A stretch of 51,601 nucleotides of DNA, taken from an uncultured bacterium. Lineage in GTDB: Bacteria; Fidelibacterota; Marinisomatia; Marinisomatales; UBA1611. Both the position numbers and the translations under genes were made by a program. Below the pieces are notes generated by a model. It saw nothing but the letters and a program-made list of their open reading frames with translations, ran no database searches and was not told where the DNA came from. Each line of letters opens with the position of its first letter. Position 1 is the stretch's first letter. The DNA is taken from NCBI GenBank assembly GCA_963933175.1, contig CAWVTW010000002.1:1-51601 (forward strand), in the 5' to 3' direction. This document shows positions 30,431 to 38,274 of this stretch, piece by piece.

Positions 30431-30462
30431 AAAAGGCGGAGCAGATACTCCGCCTTTTTTTT
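30431..30462 (+). terminator. Rho-independent terminator
   Basis: Stem ggcggag / ctccgcc, 6-nt loop, T8 run. Confidence 0.85.
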
Positions 30463-30476
30463 GACTAATTTAAACT

Positions 30477-31316
30477 ATGAAAAAGAAAATATTATTTTTA
30501 TCAATCTTCATCGCATATAATTGCAGTGCCCCGGAAAAAGTATATCCTGTAAAGGGGGCAGTTTATGAGATCAAACCGGATTCCATGATGATCGTTATTG
30601 CACATGATACAATTCCTGATCTTATGTATCCCATGGTCATGCCCTTTGATTTGAAAGATCTGAACGAGATCAATGGCTTGTCTATCGGTGATAGCGTTCA
30701 TTTTGAATTTGTTTGGGGCGATACATCCACGTGGGCTCGGAAGTTTAAAGTTGTAGGTCAGGGGAAATTGCCGGAGGATGAGGAGGATGATTTTTTCGAA
30801 GATGAAGAATATGCCAAAAGAGAGATTGGTGAAATACTGGACGATGTGAGTTTTTTGAACTTAGATAGCTCAAAAGTTCGATTGTCAAATTCCGATGGGA
30901 GATACCGGTTTTTGTCTTTTATTTTTACACGGTGCCCTATGCCCACCATGTGCCCTGCCGTGGTAATTAAGAATGATTATTTGGTAAAATCCTTTAAAGA
31001 TCGAAATGATATTGAATTTGTTATGGTCAGTTTTGATTATAAATATGATACTCCAAGAGTTTTAAAAGATTTTTATGGCTCGACCATTAGCGATCATGAT
31101 AATTGGAAAGTATGGTCAAGTACGGATCATATTGAAGATGTATATCGTCTAGCCAAACAAAGTGGTTGCAACTTTTGGGGAATTGAAGAAAACAAAATTG
31201 GCCACACACTTAGGTCTATTTTAATAGGTCCCAACCGTGAGGTATTAGGCTACTGGCTCGGCGACAATTGGAAAGCAAAAAACGTGAAAACTGCAATTGA
31301 ATTGTTAATGAAATAA
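30477..31316 (+). CDS. CusF-like Cu(I)-binding domain fused to an SCO1/SenC thioredoxin-fold domain
   Basis: N-terminal HDTIPDLMYPMVMPFDL (CusF-like His/Met motif). C-terminal FIFTRCPMPTMCP (SCO-like; the two Cys are separated by 5 residues). Confidence 0.78.
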   Translation: MKKKILFLSIFIAYNCSAPEKVYPVKGAVYEIKPDSMMIVIAHDTIPDLMYPMVMPFDLKDLNEINGLSIGDSVHFEFVWGDTSTWARKFKVVGQGKLPEDEEDDFFEDEEYAKREIGEILDDVSFLNLDSSKVRLSNSDGRYRFLSFIFTRCPMPTMCPAVVIKNDYLVKSFKDRNDIEFVMVSFDYKYDTPRVLKDFYGSTISDHDNWKVWSSTDHIEDVYRLAKQSGCNFWGIEENKIGHTLRSILIGPNREVLGYWLGDNWKAKNVKTAIELLMK

Positions 31317-31390
31317 CTCACTCTAGTCCATCTCTTTTAAAAGAGTGATGTCCTCAGGTTGGCGGAGAGAAAAGTGAAAAAAAAGATATT

Positions 31391-31426
31391 AAAAAAGCCA
31401 TCCACTTTCAGGTGATTGGCTTTTCT
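31391..31426. terminator. Imperfect bidirectional hairpin between convergent genes
   Basis: aaaaaagccatccac / gtgattggctttt with 2 mismatches. T-runs on both strands. Confidence 0.55.
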
Positions 31427-31449
31427 AATTTTAAATATAAAATAGGTTT

Positions 31450-34431
31450 CTACCAGTCCTCGTCGTCACCCCAATCGTCTTCATCTTCGTCTCCACCAAA
31501 ATCATAACCATTTTCATCAAAATAATCTTTTATAATTGCATCAATATTTGTGTTACCTTTGATTTTCCACATATAATCTCTCAACCCATTAAGCATTCTT
31601 GTTGTATCACCTTCAAGAACGACAAGAGCTTTACCCCAATCATTTTCAGCTCCATCAGCGGATAGAAGTTCACTATCTGGCAGATAAGGTGCAGGCATTT
31701 TCGTTCCCGGCATTATATCTGATGGATTATAAAGCCATTCTCTAACCCAATCAGGATTGAGGCGTTCTTTTGTCATGGCTAAGTTAGGAGCCCAAGTAGG
31801 AGCATCTCCGGTTGGAAATTCTTCTCCATAAAAGTGACAACTATTACACTGACCAAATTCATGTAATTTCACTCCAGCTTTAAAATCCATTGATTTTTCA
31901 TCAACAACTAAGTCACTTCTGTAAGATATCTTTTCATTATCTATATGCTTAAAATATGCTATTATAGCGTCCCACTCTTCATCTGGAATTTGATGAAAAC
32001 TTGGCATTTTAACTTGAAGGTTTGGCCTAATAATTCCAGGATTATTTAAAAATGATAGTAGCCAGTCTGGATTTGCCTTTTTACCTTCAGTATTTAAATT
32101 GGGTGGTGCATACTCAGATGCTCCAATAACATCAATTAATTGACCGCCACGATTTTGAATCAAATGACATCCTTGACAGTTATATTGTTTTACAAGACGA
32201 TGGCCTTTCTTATAGTTATCAGGATCTTTAAGATAAGCGAGTAATGGTTCAGCAACAATATTTGCATTAAATGATAATACAGCCGTAGTAATTGCTTCTA
32301 TTTCTTCTTCAGAGAAATAGAAATTAGGCATTTTCAGTAAATCTAAATGTTTACTCTCTTTTCCTCGATCATAAATTCTTGGGGTCCTGAGTTTGTTTTC
32401 TATCCAAGCATAATTAGTATGTTCAATATCATGGAATAGCCCAAAATCAAACTTATTTACTGGTTTAGATCCTTCTTCGGTGATTTCTACACCAATTGGT
32501 TTTGCAGTTTCAAAGCCATCAATATTATGACATCCAAAACAACCATAATGACGAATGCTTTTTTCACCAATATAATCTAGTTTATCTTTAAGATCCATTT
32601 TTTCAGCTTTGGCTAGCGCATATTTTTCAGGATTTGATTTTTTTAGCCAATTAATAGTGAGATCATTAAGGACTGAATCATCATAGGAATGATTTGGTGT
32701 CTGTTCAAATTCTAAATTTCTATTATTTAGTAGATATGCAGTAAGATCTTTTGCCTGTTGAGGCTCGAGTCTTAGGTTTGGCATTTTAGTCGTGGGCATA
32801 TATTCCTGAGGATTCATTAGCCAATTATATAACCACTTAGATGAAACTTTAGATCCTAATCCAATGAGGTTTGGTCCATGTACTTTAGTTAAATTATAAT
32901 AATTACTAATGGGCGGTGCTTCTGATGGATCAATTTCCGAAATATGACAGCCCATACACCCAATTGCATTAAATAATTTTTCTCCTTCTTTGGCATTGCC
33001 TAAAAAGCGGGAACTATTTCTTTCAATCTCTTTTTTGTTTCCATTAAATAAGTACTCAGTTATCCCTGCAATTTCTACATCATTATATTCACTGATTTCT
33101 TCTGTTTCTTGGTTATCCTGCTCAAAAATTGATGGCATGCGCGTGTTGTATCGGAAATGCCTTGGGTTTTTTACCCATTTTGCAACCCATTCTCTGTCTA
33201 ATTTTTGATTTATTTTTGTTAAATCAGGACCAGATTTTGTCTGACTTGCCCAGTCTGAATTATAATGGCAACCATTGCAACCTGCTTTATCAACAAGGGA
33301 TAATCCAAAATTCAATTTGTCAGCACCAGCTAAATCACTTGTATTTGAGTGGCATTTGAAACAACTTGCCTCCGTATATTTAGTTGGGAGCATTGGGGTC
33401 AGCCAGTGGTGCATAACCTCCCAATCATATTCTTCCTGCCAACGTTCTTTTTCGTCATCATTACTTGGTGTGTGCGTAGATGATACAAATGACGTTCCCC
33501 GTCCACGCCCAGCATGGCAACTGGTGCAACCAAAGGTATCCATGGGGTGCGAAGAAGCAGATGTAATATATAGATCTAAATTAGGATGAGTAGTATAGGG
33601 TTGGGGTGCATCAGCAAAGTCAGGGTTTTCGATTCCCAAATGACAACTGGTACAACGATCCACTTTGGGAACCACCGCAAAGTTCACATCATACTTCACA
33701 TCGCGAACCACAACTTGTTTTACCTTATAATAAGGATCTAAAAAGTCAATGATAGGTAGGTCTCGAACAACATCTCCAATTTTATTAGTGAAGGTCATTC
33801 GCTCACGGTCTATTTTACTGAGTTTAGTATCAGCAATTGTTACATCTTTCAAAACGATATTGAGTTTTTCTATCTTTAGCTTAACATTTGCTTTCAGATC
33901 TTTGAGAGCTTTTTCAGTATCACCGATCTCTATCTCGGATGCTTCCTTGATGAGTTGGTACTTATGAAGTAATTCCAAAGCTGCCGCATAATCATCTTTA
34001 TGAGATGGACCGTGATTTTCACCATCATCCTGGTGTGAATTTTCTGCTTCAACGAGATATTTAAGTCCATCTACTTCAGCCTTTTGGCCTTGATAGATCA
34101 TATTCTCATTATAGTACCGGCCTTTCAGTGTGGTTAAGGTAGTTTTAAGTTCAGCCAATTTCTCATTTTGAGAATTTAACCTGGATTGGGCATCAGCTAA
34201 TTCCTTTTCATAAGAAACACGCTCAGTTGCAACCGCGTTCTTTTCTTTTTCAAGATTCTTTTCTGCGATTCCAATTTCCATTTTACGGAATTCACGCTGA
34301 TAAACTTTGAATTCATCATCATTATCATCAACAAAGGTCCACGCCATACTGATCAAAAACAGGATCGATGATATGGCGAACCATTTATTTAATTTTTGAA
34401 TATCCCAATAGCGTTCGTCGTTATTAAACAT
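31450..34431 (-). CDS. Membrane-anchored octahaem cytochrome c (TM, about 175-aa coiled-coil region, 3-haem module, five class-I-like monohaem modules, acidic ...DDEDW tail)
   Basis: Eight CxxCH motifs, with Cys at aa 260, 302, 357, 385, 492, 631, 752 and 862 by my count. The last five are each followed by a (K/R)MP motif. Confidence 0.9.
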   Translation of the reverse strand: MFNNDERYWDIQKLNKWFAISSILFLISMAWTFVDDNDDEFKVYQREFRKMEIGIAEKNLEKEKNAVATERVSYEKELADAQSRLNSQNEKLAELKTTLTTLKGRYYNENMIYQGQKAEVDGLKYLVEAENSHQDDGENHGPSHKDDYAAALELLHKYQLIKEASEIEIGDTEKALKDLKANVKLKIEKLNIVLKDVTIADTKLSKIDRERMTFTNKIGDVVRDLPIIDFLDPYYKVKQVVVRDVKYDVNFAVVPKVDRCTSCHLGIENPDFADAPQPYTTHPNLDLYITSASSHPMDTFGCTSCHAGRGRGTSFVSSTHTPSNDDEKERWQEEYDWEVMHHWLTPMLPTKYTEASCFKCHSNTSDLAGADKLNFGLSLVDKAGCNGCHYNSDWASQTKSGPDLTKINQKLDREWVAKWVKNPRHFRYNTRMPSIFEQDNQETEEISEYNDVEIAGITEYLFNGNKKEIERNSSRFLGNAKEGEKLFNAIGCMGCHISEIDPSEAPPISNYYNLTKVHGPNLIGLGSKVSSKWLYNWLMNPQEYMPTTKMPNLRLEPQQAKDLTAYLLNNRNLEFEQTPNHSYDDSVLNDLTINWLKKSNPEKYALAKAEKMDLKDKLDYIGEKSIRHYGCFGCHNIDGFETAKPIGVEITEEGSKPVNKFDFGLFHDIEHTNYAWIENKLRTPRIYDRGKESKHLDLLKMPNFYFSEEEIEAITTAVLSFNANIVAEPLLAYLKDPDNYKKGHRLVKQYNCQGCHLIQNRGGQLIDVIGASEYAPPNLNTEGKKANPDWLLSFLNNPGIIRPNLQVKMPSFHQIPDEEWDAIIAYFKHIDNEKISYRSDLVVDEKSMDFKAGVKLHEFGQCNSCHFYGEEFPTGDAPTWAPNLAMTKERLNPDWVREWLYNPSDIMPGTKMPAPYLPDSELLSADGAENDWGKALVVLEGDTTRMLNGLRDYMWKIKGNTNIDAIIKDYFDENGYDFGGDEDEDDWGDDEDW

Positions 34432-34439
34432 GCATAAAC

Positions 34440-35558
34440 CTAAATATTAAAAAACCATTCTGGAATTGCGATAATGTATTTGAGGTTGAAAAACCACCGG
34501 AGATACATCTTGATGGGCAATGAAAACATAGATAGTCCAAAAAGCATTAATGTTGTATATCGGATTGGACCTATTTTTTCAAATAGATCCTTTAGCCATG
34601 TTTTTGCTAAGAGGATAGGGAAGACGAACATGTAGGCAAACACCACCAGAAATCCCATAAATTCCCTTAACATGATATTTGCGGGTAATCCTGTGCTGAG
34701 CATTTTTACCCATAAATATTCAGAAAGATTAACGTTGTTCAATGGAACTACTTTATGGGGGTCCCAATATTCAAAGGGTCCGAAGAAATTCCAATTTGGT
34801 CCACGGAAGAATGTTCCAATTACGATTAAGAAAAGCCATAAAATGAGCCAGCCATACATAAAAATAAAAATGCCGATCCGCCGTTCTTTAAAGGAATAAT
34901 ACCCGTCCCCTTTGGGATTTGTATCCATGTAAGGAATAGCCATCATTCCGAATATGATGAACATAGGGAAAACAATTCCAGCCAACCACGGATCGAAATA
35001 AACTAGCATTTCTTGGAGTCCAAGAAAATACCAAGGTGCTTTGGATGGATTTGGCGTTGATGCCGGATTTGCTGGCTCTTCCAATGGTGCAGCAACCAAG
35101 ATTGACCAAACTATCAAGAAGACCATAAATAAAATTAGAGCAATGAATTCAATATAAACCAAGTCCGGCCACACCAGAACTTTATCATCTGGGTCATTAT
35201 ATTCTTCGGGTTTCAAGCCTTCTGCCAACCTGCCATCATTGATGTACGCTTTCTTCATTCCCAGCCAAATGTAGAAAAACATGGAATAAACCATTAGTAC
35301 AATCGGAAAGTTATCCGGCTTTGTAAGGGTAATATTAAAGTTTGGATCGAAATAACCAACTATAAAGAAAAAAGTGATGAATCCCATTCCAGCCCAAAGC
35401 CCGGGCTTTGTCCATAGTCTCCATATCCCCAATTTACGATTCAATTTATCAAACCAATCTGTTGGTGGAAAAATGAGAGGTGTTAAAAGGGTTAAAAGTG
35501 TAAAACTGACAGTGGGAGCTGAAAGTGTGTCAATTACAGATTTAAATGTTTCAATCAT
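34440..35558 (-). CDS. Cytochrome b6f subunit IV-like protein (cytochrome b C-terminal domain) with extra TMs
   Basis: EEPANPASTPNPSKAPWYFLGLQEML aligns with the PetD EPANPFATPLEILPEWYF region. About 8 TM against 3 in PetD. Confidence 0.85.
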   Translation of the reverse strand: MIETFKSVIDTLSAPTVSFTLLTLLTPLIFPPTDWFDKLNRKLGIWRLWTKPGLWAGMGFITFFFIVGYFDPNFNITLTKPDNFPIVLMVYSMFFYIWLGMKKAYINDGRLAEGLKPEEYNDPDDKVLVWPDLVYIEFIALILFMVFLIVWSILVAAPLEEPANPASTPNPSKAPWYFLGLQEMLVYFDPWLAGIVFPMFIIFGMMAIPYMDTNPKGDGYYSFKERRIGIFIFMYGWLILWLFLIVIGTFFRGPNWNFFGPFEYWDPHKVVPLNNVNLSEYLWVKMLSTGLPANIMLREFMGFLVVFAYMFVFPILLAKTWLKDLFEKIGPIRYTTLMLFGLSMFSLPIKMYLRWFFNLKYIIAIPEWFFNI

Positions 35559-35577
35559 AAGAATCTCAAATCAGTGT

Positions 35578-36372
35578 TTATAGAGGCCCGGAGATTCCGC
35601 CATCTTTTCGGATGCGCCAGAAATGTACGGCCAGGAATATCATCATAATAAAGGGTACGGCAATACAGTGAAGCACGTAAAACCGAAGGAGTGTAGCTTC
35701 ACCCACGAATCTGCCACCCAATAATGCAAAGCGCACGTCTGAACCCATATGGACCAAATTAATATCTCCAATTGCAAGCAAAGAAGCACCTGGCCCTTCA
35801 TGACCAATAAAGGGATGTGCCCTTGCCATATTTGTACCTACGGTGACTGCCCAAATTGCCAATTGATCCCAAGGAAGAAGGTAGCCAGTGAAGGATAAAA
35901 ACATAGTCAAAGTCATGAGCAGCACTCCAACACCCCAATTAAATTCACGTGGTGGTTTGTAAGAACCGGTCATAAAAACGCGAAGCATATGTAACCAAAC
36001 AGTTAAGACCATAGCATGAGCACCCCAGCGATGAAGTTCTCGCATCATACCCAAGGGTACTTGCTCTGTGAGATCTATAATATCTGTGTAGGCATATTCC
36101 ACTGTGGGCCGGTAATAGAACATAAGCAGAATTCCTGTAATTGTGAGGACCACGAACAGGAAGAATGAAAGTCCACCCATACACCATGTATAGCCAACCT
36201 TAACAGCATGTTTTGGTAATCGAGCAGGATGGAGGTGTAAAAAAACACTTCCAAGAATTGCATGCATCCTCTGGCGCCTAGTATGTGGTACACCAGATCG
36301 AATGATGGATTTCCAAACCTGAGATTCACCCATCTGCTCTAAAAATGATTTTTGTTTATTGTCTTTTGCCAT
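35578..36372 (-). CDS. Cytochrome b6-like protein (cytochrome b N-terminal domain)
   Basis: [35 protein letters not shown] and [16 protein letters not shown]. Ends in ...GISGPL, as cytochrome b6 does. Confidence 0.94.
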   Translation of the reverse strand: MAKDNKQKSFLEQMGESQVWKSIIRSGVPHTRRQRMHAILGSVFLHLHPARLPKHAVKVGYTWCMGGLSFFLFVVLTITGILLMFYYRPTVEYAYTDIIDLTEQVPLGMMRELHRWGAHAMVLTVWLHMLRVFMTGSYKPPREFNWGVGVLLMTLTMFLSFTGYLLPWDQLAIWAVTVGTNMARAHPFIGHEGPGASLLAIGDINLVHMGSDVRFALLGGRFVGEATLLRFYVLHCIAVPFIMMIFLAVHFWRIRKDGGISGPL

Positions 36373-36390
36373 TGTACCTAGATTGATTGA

Positions 36391-36945
36391 TTAAACTACC
36401 AAGAATGATTCAGAATTCTCCCACTCGCCTTTTTCCCATTTAAAACTTTTTGTTTTATCAACGAGAATTTGTCCGTCATTTGAAAGAGATACTTTATATC
36501 TTTCCAATGGACGGGGTGCTGGCCCTTCGAAATGAATTCCAGTCATCCGAAAACCGCTTCCGTGACACGGACATTTAAATTTTCCTTCTGTTCGTAGCCA
36601 ATTTGGTGTACATCCTAAATGGGTACAAACTGTGGAGAGAGCAAAGATAGATTCTTCATCTCTAACCACCCAAATATTAAATGATTTTTTATATCGGATA
36701 TCCACTGTATTTGTTGCATAATCATTCGGAAACCCAATTTTTAATGTTTGAGGCGGTTCAAATAATACATTTGGGAAAAGAAACCGTATCATCACAGTAA
36801 AAAATCCACCAGTTGCGCCGGCAAAAGCTATCCATCCTAGGGACAACCATTTAAAAAAACCACGCCGACCCATTTCTTTTCCATTTTCAGAATTCTGGGT
36901 GGATGTACCTACTGATGCGGTTGGGGTGTTTTTTTCTTCACTCAT
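36391..36945 (-). CDS. Rieske [2Fe-2S] protein
   Basis: Tat-like GRRGFFKWL, a TM anchor, and CTHLGC ... CPCHGS. Confidence 0.93.
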   Translation of the reverse strand: MSEEKNTPTASVGTSTQNSENGKEMGRRGFFKWLSLGWIAFAGATGGFFTVMIRFLFPNVLFEPPQTLKIGFPNDYATNTVDIRYKKSFNIWVVRDEESIFALSTVCTHLGCTPNWLRTEGKFKCPCHGSGFRMTGIHFEGPAPRPLERYKVSLSNDGQILVDKTKSFKWEKGEWENSESFLVV

Positions 36946-36947
36946 AA

Positions 36948-37826
36948 TTATATAACTTTGTTGTACGCAGATTGTAATGTTTTCATGGCAGCATCTCGAA
37001 TCCGAAGATTCTCATCAGTTTTAGCTAACGAAACTAATTTTGTTTTGAATTGATCCTGTTTTAACAGGGACGAGACTTCAATCGCCACAAGAATCACTTG
37101 ATTTTTTTCTGCTTCATCCACTTGGGGAAAAGCATTTAAATATTGTCTGTCCATAAGGCTTTCAATGATGAATGCACCGGATGGATCCCCCATCTTGGCT
37201 AAAGCAACGGCTGCATCCCATTGAATATTTGGCTCTTCATCCTCTAATAATTTTTTCAATAATGGGATGGATTCTGGATTGCCTATCAATCCCATGGAAA
37301 TAGTGGCCGCGAGTTTCTCATCGAGAAAATCAGAATTTTCAACAATCTCTTTTAATTTGTTTGACGCATTATTTGCACCTATCAACCCAACAGCCTGTAT
37401 TGCAGCTCGCCGTGATTCACGGTTTTCATCATTTAATCCATCAACCAATATTTCGGAATAAAATTTATCCCCGGTAACACCCATGGCCAAAGCTAAATAT
37501 GCCCTTACAAGAGGATCATCATGAATAGAATGATTATAAATTGAAACCATTTGATTTTTAAATGAAAGATTTGTGGGAATTTTATCCGGGTTGTTAAACA
37601 CTTTTGATAGTTCAAATGCAGATTGCCAGCGTTTGGAAGCAGAGCCGATCTTTACTTGGTTTAAAAGGGCTGAAGCATCAGTTGTTTCAAAGGTAATGAA
37701 ACGAAACAATAGAAAGAAAACAGCACCAAAAATAGCGATCATAAAGGGGATCAGGAAAAAAGAATAAAAAAGGGTATAGATCCTGGTTGATTCTTTTTTA
37801 GATAATTGTGTTGCGTTTTCGTTCAT
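36948..37826 (-). CDS. TM-anchored HEAT-repeat (PBS-lyase-like) protein
   Basis: N-terminal TM, then repeated helical-pair motifs (RRAAIQAVGLIG; IPLLKKLLEDEEPNIQWDAAVALAKMGDP; IRDAAMKTL). Ends 2 nt before the Rieske start. Confidence 0.75.
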   Translation of the reverse strand: MNENATQLSKKESTRIYTLFYSFFLIPFMIAIFGAVFFLLFRFITFETTDASALLNQVKIGSASKRWQSAFELSKVFNNPDKIPTNLSFKNQMVSIYNHSIHDDPLVRAYLALAMGVTGDKFYSEILVDGLNDENRESRRAAIQAVGLIGANNASNKLKEIVENSDFLDEKLAATISMGLIGNPESIPLLKKLLEDEEPNIQWDAAVALAKMGDPSGAFIIESLMDRQYLNAFPQVDEAEKNQVILVAIEVSSLLKQDQFKTKLVSLAKTDENLRIRDAAMKTLQSAYNKVI

Positions 37827-37860
37827 GATTTTAAACTGATCTTAGGCTTAATTTTATTAT

Positions 37861-38013
37861 TTAGCTTCCATCTTTTAATTTTTCGATATCATCTTTCAAG
37901 TGCTTTGTCAAATTTTGAAGGTGCCGCACTTCTTTTTTTAATTTCATATGTTCTCCTAAAAAGATCATGGTAAAAACCAGAACTAAGATGGAGATCATGG
38001 GTAACGAGTTCAT
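37861..38013 (-). CDS. Unannotated 50-aa single-TM ORF (MNSLPMISILVLVFTMIFLGEHMKLKKEV...)
   Basis: Hand-translated. Its ATG shares one base with the stop of the upstream mini-ORF (TAATG). Confidence 0.45.
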   Translation of the reverse strand: MNSLPMISILVLVFTMIFLGEHMKLKKEVRHLQNLTKHLKDDIEKLKDGS

Positions 38014-38159
38014 TATAAATCTTTTTCACCATCATCATCTTGTTTTAATTGCAAGGCCAATAGAATTGGAAAAAAGAAAAGGATAATACATCCAACCATG
38101 AGCAGTCCAACCGCCCATTCCAGGTTCCGCATGAGCCATTCTAGTGTGAACCATTCCAT
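38013..38159 (-). CDS. Unannotated 48-aa single-TM ORF (MEWFTLEWLMRNLEWAVGLLMVGCIILFFFPILLAL...)
   Basis: Hand-translated. Hydrophobic core and an acidic tail. 7 nt after the upstream mini-ORF. Confidence 0.45.
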   Translation of the reverse strand: MEWFTLEWLMRNLEWAVGLLMVGCIILFFFPILLALQLKQDDDGEKDL

Positions 38160-38166
38160 TGTTTTA

Positions 38167-38274
38167 TTAGAGCACCCATGTTACTAATGTGACATAAACC
38201 AAAAGAAGCAGTGTACACACAATCATAGAAATGACCTGCGTTTTAGTTAAAGATTCTTTTTGTGTTTCAGACAT
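38167..38274 (-). CDS. Unannotated 35-aa single-TM ORF (MSETQKESLTKTQVISMIVCTLLLLVYVTLVTWVL)
   Basis: Hand-translated codon by codon. Its ATG shares one base with the TAA of the 471-aa gene (TAATG). Confidence 0.42.
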   Translation of the reverse strand: MSETQKESLTKTQVISMIVCTLLLLVYVTLVTWVL

